A stretch of 64,000 bases of DNA. It comes from Podarcis vaucheri (taxonomy: Eukaryota). The notes under the pieces were generated by a model. It was not told the DNA's origin, searched no databases, and saw only the letters and a list, made by a program, of their open reading frames with translations. The number at the start of each line of letters is the position of its first letter. The first letter of the stretch is position 1. This document shows positions 62,613-64,000 of the stretch, one piece after another. Location: NCBI GenBank assembly GCA_965113315.1, contig OZ220370.1, one strand, 5' to 3'. The position numbers were made by a program, and so were the translations under genes.

Positions 62613-62800
62613 ACTAGTGTGGCTTAACAGTTAGTGTTGGTCTAGGACCTGGGAGATCAGGGCTTGAGTCTCGGTTCAACCAGTCAGTGTTTCTCATCCT
62701 AGCCTATCTCACAGCGTTGTGGGTGAGGATAAAATGAGGGGAGAACCACGTTGACCTCCCTGAAAGAAAAAGTGGTATATATAAATGTAATGTATTAAAG
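62613..62800 (+). mobile_element. Old Squam3/MIR-like SINE
   Basis: gttggtctaggacctgggagatcaggg...cctatctcacagcgttgt...gaggataaaatg CORE-like segment. Confidence 0.65.
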
Positions 62801-64000
62801 TAAATATAATAAAATTCGACTGAAAGGGTTGGAAAACTGTCCTGCTACCATCCAACAAATAAGCGGGTGTTAGGTTAACCTTTTTTAGGTAATCTTGAAC
62901 CTGATTCTACATGCAAGCTTGTGCCCTACCACCGAGTTAATACTAATAATATTTACTGTAGAATTTGCTAGTGCAAGAGGTCAGAAAGGAAAATGGAAAT
63001 GATGTCGGGAGAAAAAAATTGGGTTGAGGGAATTAATTTTTTTTAATGAAACTTAAGTTCCAAGGGTATCTTGGCAGTGCTAGTTTTGGGAGACGAGAAA
63101 AGCTCAGCACTACAGGTAAAGTCAATAATCATTTCTGCAAGGGGGAGGAGGGAACCCAACCTCTTTGCTTGCAGAAAGCAGCTCTCCTTGGATTCCCTCC
63201 AAATCTCAAAGACTCGCTGATGCCTTGATCGTGCATCATCATCGACTGGGATTTGGACAGCCTTATTGCCTTGTTCTTCTAGATATGGATTGGACCGGGT
63301 GTGACTCATGACCCAGCTAGTGAAGCCTTTAGTCACCTTGAGTAACCATTTCCTTTTAGGAAGACCCCTTGAGTTCAGATGTTAGAAAAAGCGAGTCAAT
63401 CAAAAGGAAATGTATCATCATCTCTGTTATCTAAATAAGGCTTAAGTAGGGCTTAATTAAGTGTCTGAAATTGCCTTTTGTGCTGGTGTGAATTTCACCG
63501 TACATTAATTTTAACTAGGAAGAGTGCAGGCTAATAAATCTGATCACTAAAAATTCATACCGTCCAGGGTCCAATAGCCAAAAACAGCCATAGGGGTGCT
63601 AACTTAGAGATACCGATCACCAACTTCCTAACACCAGCATCTGTCAGCGAGGGAGCCTGAAGCTACCATACATTTAGTAGCTCAAACCAACAGCAGAAGC
63701 TCTCTCCTGATATGTCCAGGAAGCCATCGTCCCATTCAGCAAACACAACTAAATCTGAAAGCTAATATCTTGCCCAAGGTCACCTAGGGGAGCCTGAGTC
63801 AAATACTGCATGCTAGATAGTTGGCTAGCCCCCAAATCTGACGCTTAAGTGAGCAGATTATAGCTGGCCCTTAAATATCATAAGGGGGCATTAATAAAAT
63901 AGGAAGGTCTAAGGGTAATGATAATCAACAGAAATTAGATGTGGCATTATAGCAGGAGGCTAGCAAAGTTCTGATTTTCAGCAGTTCAGACTACTAAATA

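Overview
Vertebrate genomic DNA, not prokaryotic. The repeat content (Sauria/Squam1-, Squam2- and Squam3-type SINEs, a tRNA-Lys/CR1 SINE, BovB, CR1, L2, Tc/pogo and hAT MITEs) points to a squamate reptile, probably a lacertid lizard. The window holds the 5' end of the N-cadherin gene CDH2 on the minus strand: a CpG-island promoter (~57.0-60.3 kb), coding exon 1 (58759-58833, MCRIAGAPPRILPPLLLVVLAALQQ), an 18.2-kb intron 1 and exon 2 (40415-40529). More than 40 kb of intron 2 follows and runs off the left edge; exon 3 was not found. Almost all other listed ORFs are spurious or transposon remnants. The most notable observations are a minimal hammerhead-ribozyme motif in a Penelope-like relic (30870-30911, antisense to CDH2), two short uORFs in frame with the CDH2 start, a DIRS gag (LAP2alpha-like) relic sense to CDH2, hairpin-rich MITEs, a dispersed family of ~90-bp palindromes and several motif-dense candidate intronic enhancers. 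I found no convincing wholly new biological system. Repeat family names come from recalled consensus sequences and need Dfam/Repbase confirmation.
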